NCBI RefSeq assembly: GCF_030684315.1
Contig: NC_081355.1
Coordinates: forward strand, 129,947,178 to 130,011,177
Direction of reading: 5' to 3'
DNA: 64,000 nucleotides
Source: Stegostoma tigrinum
Taxonomy: Eukaryota
Part shown: piece after piece, positions 1 to 13,470 of the stretch
How positions within the stretch are numbered: the stretch's first letter is position 1
Layout of the letters: the number at the start of each line of letters is the position of its first letter
The notes under the pieces: generated by a model
Database searches by the model: none
Told to the model about the DNA's origin: nothing
Seen by the model: only the letters and a program-made list of their open reading frames with translations
Position numbers and translations under genes: made by a program

Positions 1-1410
1 CACCACTAACGTAAGACTAACTGGGCTGTAATTTCCGGGGTTATCCCTATTCCCTTCTTTGAAAAAGGGAATATACCCGTGGACAGTGAGGACAAAAAGA
101 TCATCACCCAAGGCCCTGAAATCTCTTCCTTCGCTTCCCATAGAATCCTTGGATAAATCCCATCAGGCCCGGGGGACTTATCTATCTTCAGCTTCCTCAA
201 AATTCCTGCGACATCTTCCTTACTAACATCGACCTTTCTTTAGCCTACCAGCCTGTTTCACACTGTCCTCAACTTCAACTGGGTCCCTCTCAGTTGTGAA
301 TACCGAAGATAAGTATTCATTAAGAACCTCTCCTATCTCTTTAGGCTCCATGCACAAATTCATTTTACAATCCTTGATCGGCCCTACCCTTTCTCTGGTC
401 ATTCTCTTATTCCTCACGGAAGTGTGAAAAGCCTTGGAGTTTTCCTTGATCCTATCTGCCAAAGTTTTCTCATGCCCCCTTATTGGTCTTCTAAGCTCTT
501 TCTTCAGCTCCTTCCTGGATAACTTGTATCCCTCCACAGCCTTTTCCGATCCTTGTTTCTTAGACCTTACACAAGCATCAAAGAAACAAAGAAACCTACA
601 GCACAGGAACAGGCCCTTCGGCCCTCCAAGCCTGCGCTGATCAAGATCCTCTGTCTCCATCCTTCTTCCTCTTAACCAGTCGTTCGACCTCTCTTGAACT
701 GAGGCTCCCTCACTCGACCGCAGCTTCCCTGCCTGTTCAGGACAAACATCTCGAGCACACGCAGTATGCATTCCTTAAACAATCTCCATATTTCTACAGT
801 GCTCTTCCTTGACAGCATCTGTTCCCATTTTCTGTTACCCAGTTCTTGCCTAACAGAATTGTAATTACCCTTCCCCCAATTATAAACCTTACCCAGCTGT
901 GTGCACCGATCCTTTTCCATGACTATTGTAAAAGTAACAGGGTTATGATCGCCACTGCCAAAATGCTCTCCTACCAACACTTGGCCCGGTTAATTGCCAA
1001 GCACCAAATCCAAAGTGGCCTCGCCTCGTGTTTGCCAACATACTTTATCAGGAATCCTTCCTGAACGCACTGGACAAAATCTGCTCCATCTAAACCATTA
1101 CAACTAAAATGTTTCCAAATCAATATTTGTAAAGTTGAAGTCACCCGTGACTACAACCTTGTGATTTCTGCACCTTTCCAGTATCAGCCTCCCAATCCGC
1201 TCCTCTACTTTTCTGCAACTGTTGGGGGGGGGGGGGTCTGCAAAATAAAAACCCAAAAAGCTGACTGCTCCTTTCTTGCTCTGGACCTCAACCCAAACTG
1301 ACGCTGTAGACATATCATTCTCGAAATGCCTTTCAGTAGCTGCTATACTAGCCTTGACTATCAATGCCACTCCTCCGCCTCTTTTTCCACCCTCCCTCTT
1401 TCTTTTTAAG
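1..1410 (-). mobile_element. CR1 LINE fragment (endonuclease to start of RT), degenerate
   Basis: Minus ORFs give CR1 ORF2 motifs: VVVTGDFNF (1104-1370), EHFGSGDHNPVTF (672-980), KAFHTSVRNKRMTRERVGP (223-771), DKSPGPDGIYPRIL (6-200); frameshifted. Confidence 0.9.
577..657 (-). mobile_element. Short CR1 3'-end insertion nested in CR1
   Basis: CAAAGAAA x2 tail plus ACAGGCCCTTCGGCCC, the reverse of the CR1 3' terminal stem, interrupting the host reading frame. Confidence 0.6.
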
Positions 1411-1799
1411 CATCTAAATGCATGAGCTAAATTGATATTAGTACAAAGAGAAAATGTAAATCAATTTGCACTTGTTGAAATTATGCATTTACCATATTTC
1501 TAAACAATCGACTTAAAGCTTTTAAGTGCAATAACTTTGGAAAATGAAATATTGAATGTACAGCAAGATTCCATAAACATCACTGGTCGGTATCGAGACA
1601 CAAGAAACCTTTTCCCTCCCTCATATCGTACTCAGGTCGTGAGAAGGCTCCGTGTAAAAAAAATCACTGGCGAGCCCCAATTTAAAGTCAGTCCTCCCGA
1701 CAACATAAAACTCTTGTACTAAAATGTCACTTCTGATTCTCTATTCAAATAATGAGTTTGAGCTGAACCGCTTGTAAGTTTGTTGCACTTCCTTCCATC

Positions 1800-2630
1800 C
1801 TAAGGTCAGAAGAGTTCACCAATGATTGCACAAATTTTAGTACTATTCACAATTTGTCAGATACTGAGGCAGTCCATGTTCAAACACAACAGATTTAGGA
1901 CAATATCCAGACTTGGTCTGACAAGTGGTAAGTAACATTCACGTCACACAAATGCCAGGCAATGGCCATTTCCAATGAGGGATAATCTTATACCGCATCC
2001 CCTTAACATTCAACAGTGTTATCCCCCACTATCAACATCCTGCAGGTTACTGTTGACCAGAAATTGACTCACCATGTTATGGCTACATGAGCAGATAAGA
2101 GGTTAGGAATACTGTTGAGAGTAACTCACCTCCTGACTCCCCAGAGTCGGTCCACTATCTACAAGGCACAAGTCAGAAGTGAGATGGCATATTTCCCACT
2201 TGTCTGCAACAAGACAAGAAGCTTGGCACCATCCAGGACAAAGGAGCTGCTTGTTTGGCACCACATCTACCTGTTCCACTATTGTCGCTCAGTAGCAGCA
2301 GTGTGTACTGTCTACAAGATGCACTGCAGAAATTCACCAAAGATTGCAGATAAACCTTCCAAATCACGACCACTTCCACCTAAAAGGGCAAGGACAACTG
2401 ACATATGGGAACATCACCACTTGCAGGTTCCCATCCAAGCCGTTCACCTTCTTGACTTGGAAATACATCGCTGTCCCTTCACTGTCACTGGGTCAAAATC
2501 CTAGAATTCCCTCAAGAGCATTGTCAGTCTGCCTTCAGCACGCGCACTGCAGCAGTTCCAGAGGCAACTCACCATACCTTCTCAAGTATAGCTAGGGAGC
2601 TAGTTTCATCCCACAGATGAATGAAAAAAA
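1800..2630 (+). mobile_element. 3' part of a CR1/L2-clade LINE (same family as 62120-64000)
   Basis: RVTHLLTPQSRSTIYKAQVRS..AY RT C-terminal motif; ends ATGAATGAAAAAAA; homologous to 63420-64000. Confidence 0.75.
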
Positions 2631-3914
2631 ATGCTCCTAGTTTAGAATGTTTTTTTCAATCATGTCTTCAATGGCTTGTCAGTCTTACATACTGTATATC
2701 ATGCCAACTAACACCTCACTCGCAGCAAATTAAACTCAACACATTTTACCACAGTTGAACATCTGTTGAAACACTTTCATTCTGTCGTACGTATCTTTCA
2801 CACAACAGCTTACTAATGAAGATGCATTAAAGGCTCTAAACTTCAGCACAGTTGTTTTTACAGAGAATCTTAATTGCTCAAGCTCACCTTTTACAACAGT
2901 CCACAGCAATACCAGTTTTCCTTTAAATGCTTTTAGTGTAAATCTTTACATGTTAATTGGCAGCAATTTAACAACACACTTGAGCAGAACAGTTTAAACA
3001 GAATGCACAATGGGGAACAGCAGGTCACAGCATGTTTTCAGGTGAAGGTCACAAGGTCCCAGTCATGCATTACCCTCTTAATTAGGTGCCTGTCTGCAGT
3101 CCACCCTCATCAGTGATTTTCCTACTGAAACTGCATTAAAAAAATCTATTGCTCACTCAGATCTGAATAGAAGACTGGCAGAGAAACTCAGGACAAATGT
3201 TGAGAACAGAGACTCATGTCAGACCTTAATGGGTGCCAGCTACAATAATAAACTGTGGATCAATCTCATGCAACCCAAAAGGATTTTTTGGAGGGCATGT
3301 ATACATTCAATCAATTCAAAGTAACAATCAATGGATGTCAAAAGATTTTAAGCTTATTTACTCAAATGAAATATTCATCCCGTCACCCAAGTACACTTGA
3401 ATCAACCATAATGTACTTAGTTTGTAGGTGCTGCAGAAAAACAAACAGGATCACAGCAAGTCTGAGGGGCCAAACAAAGCAAGTTTGTCATTTGTTGCCT
3501 GGGGGAGGAGTGTTGAGGAGTTCAGCTAGAGGTGGCATAGGCCATAACTCAATGTTATTGTCTGTTATTCTGACTTACATTTTATTTATCCTGTTGTAAT
3601 CAGGTACAGTTCAAACAGGAAAAGAATTCTCCGTGATTTCCATCTTTGTGTTAAGCAGTTACCCTTCCTGTCAGGTTAGGGTGAACTTGTCAGGAGTTTC
3701 CATGTTAGGGAATAAACTGTGAGATGTGCTACCAAAGTTTGACAAATAACTGCTTCTGATGTTGCAAATAATTTCAACGTTATTACAACAATAATCAACC
3801 ATTGTGTGTTCAAATGTCACAATGGCAGCTTGAGAACGTAAAATAGATTTTGTTTTAAAGCCAGAGATGTAATTTTCCTTACATAGTCTGGCCCATAAAT
3901 AATTCCTATCAAAA

Positions 3915-4300
3915 GGACTGAAAAAATGAAGGAGTAGACCATCTATAACTCTTGTGTTTGTTCCACCATTCTATATTATCATGGCTGACGTTCTACCTCA
4001 ATTGCAACTCAACTTTTCCACCAATCCACATGGTTACCAGGAGATCCAATATCCATTTTTCCTATCTTTAATGTAATCAATAATGGGGTATCCACAATCC
4101 TCTGGAACAGAGAAATTCTAACTATTCATGACCCTTTGAGTAAAGAAATTTCTTAGCTCAGTTCCAACTCATTGAGCACTGATGCTAAGGCAGTGTTTCT
4201 CTGTTCTGGGCTTCCCTGCCAAGAGAAGCACCTCCCAGTGTCAGGGACCCTTCTTGTCTGCTTTAATTCACCGGAAAGTATAGGCCCCATTTCCTCAGTC
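3915..4300 (-). mobile_element. Old CR1 3' fragment
   Basis: Reverse of CR1 3' UTR and terminal motif (GGAGTAGACCAT...ATCATGGCTGA; GAGTAAAGAAATTTC). Confidence 0.6.
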
Positions 4301-4384
4301 TCCAATATTTTGTTTGAAATATATTCAATGAATCACTAAGATCCCATCCAAAGGCAAAGCCAGAATGGAAAAAATGAATGGAAA

Positions 4385-4720
4385 AAAGACAGGCTTGCAT
4401 TTACATTTCACCATTCAAGGCCAACGGACTTACTAAACTGCTTCACAGCTAATCAAGTATATTTTGAAATGTAGGCACTATTGTAAAATGAGAAGCATGG
4501 CAGAAATTGCATTCAGCTAATCAACCACACACAGCAATGTAAAAATTTTGTTGATTAAGGTTTTAGTGTTAGTCAGGACATTGAGGATTATCTCCACCTG
4601 AAAGAGGAGGCAAGGTCCTCGATCAGAAATGCAGTGGTGCGTCATCCTTGGTTATGCTGATGTCTTGGGGATAAACTTGAACTCTCAGCCTGACTCAGAT
4701 GCTACCAATAAAGTCACCCC
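4385..4720 (-). mobile_element. Deu-domain SINE (SacSINE1-like), old
   Basis: Reverse complement of the TAAATGCAAG tail and Deu core seen at 4730-5148. Confidence 0.6.
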
Positions 4721-4729
4721 AGAAGGAAT

Positions 4730-5148
4730 AGGTCAGAAATTGAGATTTCAATCCAACTCCAGACACTCGAGCACAAAAGTCTGGATACCAGTGCTGACAA
4801 TGAGGGAGGTGTAAGCTGTGTTTGCATTGAGGTGTCAAATTGAGTAATTGTCTGATGTCTCAGGTGGATATAAAAGCTCCTGCAGCACTAATTAAAAGAA
4901 AATCACAGAGTTATTGCCTATATCCGTGCCAGTATTTTATCCGTGATTGATATCAGAAGGAACAAATTACCCAGTCACAATCACGTTACTGTTTTTAGGG
5001 AGGTTACTGAGCTCAAAGTGGCTGCTGTCTTTTTCTTAAACATTAAAAGTGTGACTTGGCTTCAAAAACAGACCTTAATGGCTGTAAAGTGGTTTGGGTC
5101 ATCTCTAGGTAACATTTGGTGCTACAAAAGTGCATGGCTTTCTTTTTA
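4730..5148 (+). mobile_element. Deu-domain SINE (SacSINE1-like), old
   Basis: tRNA-like head, Deu core (GTGGCTGCTG...AGTGACT..CTTCAAAA...GGCTGTAAAG), L2-like tail. Confidence 0.65.
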
Positions 5149-7534
5149 AACAATGCTACATCTTCCACCACATTCTTATGCATGTGCCAGCCTCAGAAGT
5201 ATAAGCTGTGTCTCTTAGGGAAACAGCTCACGGTGGCCAACAATAGAGAATTACTTAAAGAGAGATTAGCAAGATAGATTGTTAATTGGGTTCTATCAAA
5301 ATCTTTTTGGCAACTTGCTTTTTCTTTCCCCCCTTAGTACCAAACTGATGCTATTATCTATTATCACTCCTGTTCAATTTTGATAAATGAGAAGTCAATA
5401 TGAAAGATCCCTACAACTCTTCCTATATAACCATACAATGCAGTCTCACCATTGAATATCGCACCCTACTTAAACACACTTTAAAACAATGGAGCTAGAA
5501 AGGTTCCTAACAGTAAAACTATTCTCCATTGCACAATCACTTGCAACTACATACCAATCACAAAGTAATCATCAGATGCACTTCCAAACACAAGATATGC
5601 TGAGAACGCAGCAGCTGATGCATTTCTGAAAGTGGACTTAAATGCATCATTTGGGGTCACAGTAACTCCTGCCATGTTAGGCTGTGCTGCAGTTAGTGCT
5701 GACAGAGTGCAAAACATAACCAAGTGTTCAAAAAATGAATTTAAACAAGTGCAAGAAATTATTCTATACATTTCTAGCTGCATATCAGATTAGCAATAAA
5801 CTGATCAAAAAAGGCACTTATCCTTACCAATTGTAATCCCAGCAGCTAGAATTTAAAAGCTAGTCTTTTAATAATACAGAATACCCTTATAAGGACAGAC
5901 AAAATTACCAAATTAAATTTCTTCCAACGTTCCACTATATTAGGCAAGTAATGCGGAAACTAAATATCTGTATTCGTAACGCATGCATTTATCATTTGTC
6001 TCAGTGGGAAAAGCAACTTCCAGATTAACTGCATATCAATGAGAATTGTATTAAAAAATTATCAAAACATTGCCGAGGAAAAAGTGAAGTGTTCATATTT
6101 CAATATAGTAATGATGACATTTTAGACAAAATAACGTTAATGATTTATTATGACAGGGTTACTTTCTCTTGAGCTGTTTTGGTGTAAATGTTTCCTATGT
6201 GATTACAAATAAGAGTGATATCAATGGCACGTAACGGAACACGCCTCAACATCATGGCTTAGGCAAAGCATAAAATTTATTCCCTCTTATGGCGATGCAC
6301 CATTGAAGCAGACACATGTATTGCCAACCATCATGTCATGCTATTGACATAAAGATGGCAAGATCCAATTCTCTAACGTTGCTTAGGAGTTAATTGCTCA
6401 TGTTCCAAGTATAAAAACACAACAACAATGGACTTCTCCTTAACTGTCTTTCCAAATGGTACTAGCAGTAGGCTGGATAGATTTTAAAAAAGATGACATT
6501 AGAAGTTATGAATTAAGGGGGTCTAGTCAACATCACTTTCCCAGTATCTCAGTACTGATAATACAAGGATCTGGCAATCCCTCTCCTCTATGTGCTGTCA
6601 GTATGTCCCTTAAGTCCACGCAAAAGAATATCCCAATTATACCATTTGTTGATTCTACTGAAAACTGAAAAATATTACATACTGCTGTGGTTATAAAAAG
6701 AAACAAATCCACCAGATTACTTCAAATTGTGTGTCCTTTTTGTGATTAAAGCATCTCTTAAGATTCTAGCTTGTCAGTTTCACAGGTGACATTACACAAC
6801 TGCCTAAAAGTAAGAATGGAGTTCAAAGTAAAAAAAATGTAATTTGTCTGCTGCATTCTTGTGTTGTAGAAAGCATTGGCTTACTATTTTAAATTGGTTG
6901 CTTGAGCTGCTCCAGTGATAGGTTGATTGATGCGATATTAACGCGGAATCATGCATCCCCCAGTCACCTCCTCTGAGAACACAGTTACACACTTCTCAAA
7001 AGGGAATATGTTTGCAAACATCTGAGAACTTCTTTATTTGAAGAGAGCCCTGTCATTTTACCAAGGGGGGGAAGCAAAATCTCACACCATTGAGACAGAG
7101 ATTTATCATTCTTATAGATGTGAGTCAGAGCAGAAGTCCTTCTAAATAAATTAGGTATAGTCACTAATGTTGACCAAAAGCCCACCGGTATTTTATTTTA
7201 TTTCATTCCATTTTCCAGGCCATGGATATCAATTTCCCCTCTGTTGCCTTAGATCAAATATTTTCTACAGCCTACACACAACGTAAAGTAAAACTGCACT
7301 TAGTCCACAGCAACCAAAACAATAATTTAGAGGTTTATGGAGTGTATGCAGCCCAAGGATGTGACATCCAAAATGGAATAATATAGCTCTTGCAATAATT
7401 ACATGCTAAGTGAGAAATTAATATTTATATACACTGCTACCATCTCTAAGCAGATGTGAACTTCACCGTTCAAGTTGTCTCACAAACAGCAACACCAATT
7501 GGGGTAAGGAAGTGTTAATTTTATCAAGAATGGA

Positions 7535-8733
7535 CTGGACATCTTCCAAGGCTTTCTTACACATGATATCAGGGGTGAGCTGGCAAGAACTGGCTTGGTC
7601 ATAGGAGACAGAGGGTAGTACTGGAAGGATGCCTTTCAAAATGGAGGGTTGAGAATAGTGGTGGTACACAGGGATCAATACTACAACCTCTGCTGCTCGT
7701 GATCTATACAAGGGATTTTGAGGAAAACATGGCTGCTCTAAATAGTAAGTTTGCCGTTGATACAAGGACTAGTGGAGTTGCAGATATTGAAAAGGATGTC
7801 AAGGGATACAGCTGGATATAGATCAGTTGAAGGCGTGGGCAGAAAAAATGGCAGATGGAGTTCAATCCAGGCAAACGGGAGGTGATGCATTTTGGAAGGT
7901 CACACATGCATGGAAACTCTCCAGAGAAGGGCAGAACCCTTGGGGTACTGATATGCAGATGGATCTAGGTGTGCAGGTCCATAGATAACTGAAGGTGGCA
8001 GTGCAGGTAGACAAGGTAGTTTAATAAAAAGGCCTGTTATATGCTTGCCTTCATTGGAAGGGCGTTGAGTATCAGGATAGATAAGCTATGTTGCAGCTTT
8101 ATAGAAATTTCGTTAGGCCACACTTGGAACATTATGTACAGTTCTGGTCACCATACCACCACAAGGATGTGGATGTTTTGGACAGGGTACAGAAAAGGTT
8201 TGCCAGGATGTTGCCTGTTATGGAGGATTTTAGCTATAAAGAAAGGTTGGACAGACTGGGTTTGTTTTCACTGGAACGCAGGAAGTTGAAGGGTGACCTG
8301 ACAGACGTTTACAGGATTGTGAATGGCATGGACAGAGTGGAAAGTACGAGGCTTCCCCCCATCCCCATTCACGCACACCCCCCTCCAATTCCCACCCCGC
8401 CCCACCCCCACCCCCAATTCCCACCCCAAGGTGGAGGGGTCAATTATTAGGGCCAGAGGTTTAAGGTGCAAGGGGGAGAAGTTTAAAAGAGGTGTGCGAG
8501 GCACGTTGTTCACACAAAGGGTGGTGAGTGCCTGGAAGGTGTTGTCAGAAAAGGTGGTAGAGCAGACACAAGAGCAGCATTCAACAAGCACCTGGACAAA
8601 CACATGAATCGAAGGGAATAGAGGGATACAGATCCTGTAAGTGAAAACAGTTTTAGTGTGGAAGGGCAAAATGTGTCAGCACAGGCTTGGAGGGCCAAGG
8701 GGTGTGTTCCAGTGCTGTACTGTTCTTTGTTCC
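7535..8733 (+). mobile_element. CR1 LINE 3' part (RT C-terminus + 3' UTR)
   Basis: LYRNFVRPHLEHYVQFWSP...RLDRLGLFSLERRKLKGDL; CR1 3' end followed by TGTTCT tail; C-rich expansion at 8354-8428. Confidence 0.9.
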
Positions 8734-9284
8734 TTACAGATTAGGATTTTTTCTAATGGTGACCCGAGTGTGTCTATACGTCAAAGAATCAACCTGTTGT
8801 TCCTTCTTTCTGAAGGCATTTGGAATTTTCTAGACATTGCTAACCATCAACTCCAACTGAAAAGTGCAAACTAGACACTGTCTCAGAAAAAGTATCTGCC
8901 AAATATATATGATATTTGCAGGTGTTATGAAATTGTGCAAAGTATCATTATACATTAACATTATCTGCAGGTGGTTATAGTGATAGTGACAAAGACCATT
9001 CTTAGACCATTCCTATTATTTATTATGTGCTCCTCAAGGTGCACTCTCCTCATGCTTCACAAGGTCTACATTTCAATAGCATGGCAACAAATACAGACAC
9101 TCATTTGATGGAAGTGGTATTCATTTTGGGGTCACTTCTGCAGGGTGTGTTAAATCTCAATCTTGAGAATTCAGCCCATTGATATCGTTGTTTTTTGGTT
9201 CCAAATCTTCCCTGCAGTCAAATTAAAGAGAAGAAAGGTACAACAGCATTTAATCGACAATGGGGAGTCAACTGAAAGTGCCAG

Positions 9285-9605
9285 CCATGGTTCAGCGATA
9301 GCACGAGTTGCCTCAGAGTTTGAGGCTAAGTCACATTTCAGAAATGAGAGCACAAAATCCATCCTGCTACAGTGTTACCTTACTGGTAACGCAGAAAACC
9401 AAGTTCAGGGTAGTTCTCCCTCATATCCTTAGCAACAATATATCTCAACAGCACCTAATATAGATAATCTGGCACCATCACACTGTGCAAATCTCTGCCA
9501 CATTTCCCACATTACAACAGTGTCTGTATTCAAATGTATTTTACAGCCTGTAAGCTGCTTTGAGACATTCATGAGCATTTAAAAGTCAGAATATAAATGC
9601 AAAGT
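9285..9605 (+). mobile_element. Deu-domain SINE (SacSINE1-like)
   Basis: tRNA-like head; CATTTCCCACATTACAACAGTG core; ATATAAATGCAAAG tail. Confidence 0.6.
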
Positions 9606-10160
9606 TTACCCACAGCCAAAATTATTTGCCTTTAGCATTACAAAGATCCACTTCCTCTTGCTAGAAATAGTATTCAGACACTGGTGGGAAGGAGCAAAGC
9701 CATCTGGTATGGCAATAATCTGTGCGCCCAGAGGTACATGACTAAATATTTATACAGTGGGATGCCAAACAATTTGCTGACCAACATCATTTTAACTCGC
9801 TGAGCAACGGGAAAGGGTGAAGGAACTGACATCATAAAAAAAAGCCACAAAACAGCACATCCTGAATCCTGGATGACAGAAACAGGAAGCACTGGTTTTG
9901 CACCAAAAAAACTCTGTGTCATTTGGGCTTTAAGAATCTGTAGGCAGCGGGATATCAGATTCCAAGGTAACACTGAAGTCTATGCATCATTCAAAAAAAA
10001 AAGCACCAACTTCCCAATGCATGAACGTACGGTAGATATTTTACCAGCAATCAAGGTGCATTCATTTTGGAGATTCTAAGAGCATAAATCTACCAGCATC
10101 AGCCAACAAACTGCTAGAATCCTAAGAGGTACAGTCTGAAAGCTACCAAATCATAGGTGT

Positions 10161-10255
10161 GATAACAAGGTGTAGAGCTGGATGAACACAGCAGGCTAAG
10201 CAGCATCAGAGGAACAGGAAAGCTGATGTTTTGGGTCTGGACCCTTCTTCAAAAA
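10161..10255 (-). mobile_element. PLE-derived mini-element with decayed hammerhead
   Basis: Matches the PLE terminal ~95 bp; TSD AAATCATAGGTGT (10148-10160) / AAATTATAGGTGT (10256-10268). Confidence 0.85.
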
Positions 10256-10684
10256 AAATTATAGGTGTCACCACTTCTGAGTCCTAATTTAACAAAGTCT
10301 GAATATACCCATTTGCACCTGTAAGTCGCAGGATAAACAATGTGACTTGGTACCAGTTAGATCCATTACCCATCCCAAGTGCCCTGAGGTCATTTACAGC
10401 ACCTCCACTGGATAGGGATTAAAACCCCCCATAAAACACAGAACCCAAGTGCCCAAAGTGTGCTGGAGAAAAGTATATGTTGCAAGCAGAACATGAATGA
10501 ATGTCTACCCAGATGTCAATCGCTGGACAGAAAATACAACATTTTTCTACATTAAAAATACACACAAGATTTGGACACAGCCGAAGTACATTCAAACTGC
10601 ACCCTATTTATAACTATCCAGCTGCACGACAAGATCACCTAGAAGCAAGTTCCGTATTGCTTTTTTAAAAATATTCTAATCAAC

Positions 10685-10782
10685 CTGTCCAGTGATCATG
10701 TCACACCTCTGCAGCAGGTGGTACTTGATCCCAATCCTCCTGATCCAGAGGTAGGGACACTATCATTGCAGTACAAGAGTCC
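10685..10782 (-). mobile_element. Short tRNA-derived SINE fragment
   Basis: Reverse-complement homology to 16460-16580 (AGTGTCCCTAC...GGATCAAGT...). Confidence 0.5.
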
Positions 10783-12519
10783 TTCACATCATTTAATTAT
10801 TGTCTACAAAGAGTGCACTTTTTCAGCCTCCTAAAGTACAACTTGTACAGACTGAAAATAGCATGAAGAAACTGTTGGCTTTCAACCAGTCCTAGAAAAT
10901 AAGGTCTTGTGATAGGATCAGTTAAATTTTCTTTCATATATATGGCTATTTTGAAAAAAAAGTGTAATTTTCATGTGCTATTGATATGCTTTGATTGCCA
11001 CAAATCAGAAACAACAGAATGCTGTTTGTGAAATGACTTGCAAAAATCCAACAATTTTGTCTGCACAGTTATGAAATGCTGGCTGTCTAATAAGTGAATG
11101 AAGAGTCAAATTAAAAACTTATGGTAAGGATTTATGCCCAAGAATCCAGAGTATGTATATTAAAAGCTGTAAATAAGACTGGAGGACTTTGCTAAGATAG
11201 TCTGGCATTGAAATGTATTGTGTTTGAATATATCATACAGAGAACTGAATCATTGCAATTTGCTAACATACATCAACATATGAAAGACTTTATAAGATAT
11301 TTCTAACAAGGTGAAGAGATTGTAGTTCTCTAGAGACTAACGCAAAAGCATAATTGATATGAATATGAATGGTATGTTAAGCAACCTCTCCTGACAGTGT
11401 TTGGAACAAAGATTTAGCTACTTACAGACTCCACTTCATATTCCCACAAAAGCAAAATTTTAAATTTTAATCATTTGCGGTGACTAACAGAAGCTGACAG
11501 AATTACTGTATTTTGATCCCAGCCCCTCATGCACACACAGTGACACTGAAGAATTGACAAGAGAAATGAGGGGAAATAGTTTTCGAAGGGGCAAGGATTT
11601 ATAAGATTCAAAAATTACTTTTGTCCCCCAACCTTAATTGTCTTGATTCTCTAAATAGAAGAAAATGAGAAGTTTTCTTTTCCCCTAAATATCTCATGGC
11701 TGGTATAGCATCTGCAGTAACAATTATTTATCTGAATTGTTTCAACTCTTGACAGACTAATTCTGCTCAGCTGTTGTCAGGAAACACATCAAGTATTCTG
11801 ACAAACCTAGAGAGATGGTTGTGGAAATGCCGTCATGAATTTAACATCAGTGGAGTATTAAGCACTTTGGATGGATCGGGGAGTTGAGTAGAATGAACAG
11901 ACAGTAACACACAAGAGAAAAACTGTGCTTATGTTTTTTTATTTGATATGCATAAAAATGAAAAACAAAAAAGCAGAGATTTTAAAAATTCTTCTCAGAG
12001 GTTTGTTAGAAACACAATCATGAAATGTATTAATGGTGCTTTTCTTCAAAAGTAACAATGCACCTGAAATGTGACTCAACGCTGGTGAACAATGCTCATT
12101 TTTGTACCTGGAAACTTAAAAGCAAGGCATCGGAAGTGGTCCCCCGCTATCTAAGGTATTTTATGAAAGCCTAATGGAACATATCAACAGATTTCCGCAA
12201 TTACTTTGACATGCATGCAGTTAGCTCAAATTTATTAATAACATGTACAGAGTTAATGTGTTTTCAGAAAACACAATTCCACTTTACTGCATCATTCCTT
12301 ATTAACAGTCCCAGACACCAATTAACACCTTGTCAGTACTTTAGGCGTGTGTCCAAGGTTTTGCTAACGATTATCTGTCCAGAAAGGGCACCATACATAA
12401 AAAACACACAGGAAGGGAACTTTCAACTATAGGAAAATGGAAATTACAGTTTAAAAGGTTATATAAAAAACAAACAAAAAAAGTGTGTGTAATTTCAATT
12501 TGCCTTTTCAAAAAAAAAA

Positions 12520-12850
12520 TCAACATATTGCTTTAATAAGGCTTCTTGGCTTTGTCCTCCAGTGATGGGACCAAAATGAGGGGGGATAATTTTCAAATCA
12601 ATGCTGGGTTAGTTAGAAATGAAATCAGGAAGCTTTTGTTTTAAACTCGGGGGGTGGCGGAAATCCGTAACTTGCTTGCAAATACCTAAATACTAGGTCA
12701 ATTAAAATTTAAGGCTGTATTAGATTTTCAACGTTAAGGTATGAAAGAAAAATCAAACAGATGTGTGTAGATGGAGTTGAGGGATGGTCTCATTTAATGG
12801 CACAATAAGCTCAAGGAGCTGACTGGTTTACTTCTGTTCCTGGGTTCCTT
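12520..12850 (+). mobile_element. Old CR1 3' fragment
   Basis: GAAATCAGGAAGC..TTT; AGCTCAAGGAGCTGACTGG..TACTTCTGTTCCT CR1 terminus. Confidence 0.55.
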
Positions 12851-13470
12851 TTACAGTCACGAAGCATTCTGTTTGCTGACTTGTGAGTATTGTAGAGTCA
12901 CTCCCAAAGGAAGTGAGCCTACATCTTAAGTCTACTGGCGCTCTTTTGTTCACAATTGAAGCAATTGCACAGATGTTCAGAAGTACACATTAAACCAACT
13001 GCATGCCATGATAGTAAACGTAAGCAATTGCCTGAAGTCATGTTTCAACTCGATTCTTCTGTAATGAGATGATTTTATGCATGTCACCAATGTCAAAACT
13101 CAACAACAATATGAACATTATTTCTTGCTAGCAGTTAACGAACAGTGTATATTTTGCCAAAATAACGAGTGACGATCTGAACTCCTCAGTAAAACACATT
13201 CATATTTGCCGACATCTCTGACACTGTAATTTCAGTGCATTACAAAAAATCTCTTGCATCTGAAGAGCTGCCATTAACAAGTGAATGTAGAACAATCAAC
13301 AAGGCAAACGGTCTACACTTGATCCCACGTAATGGGTATATTCAATATATTTGTTTCTGAAACTTTCCATATAACGTTCATCTTTAAAATCACCATTTGG
13401 TTCTGTTTGTCATGACATGAGTATTGTTGTGAATTATAAGACATGGATGACACAGTGGCACAGTAGTTAG

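Noticed and set aside
3074-3130. 57-nt minus-strand exon with good splice signals, and a CTGATGA at 3107-3113
   Set aside because: Stops in all three frames, and no downstream GAAA or stem II, so neither a coding exon nor a hammerhead.
5547-5783. 78-aa minus ORF with protein-like composition
   Set aside because: No recognisable homolog or convincing splice sites; length expected by chance.
11735-12450. Minus-strand acceptors near 11807 and 12428 suggesting terminal exons (FVRILDVFPDNS*, ESSLPVCFLCMVPFLDR*)
   Set aside because: No donor or homology support; cannot be distinguished from pseudo-sites.
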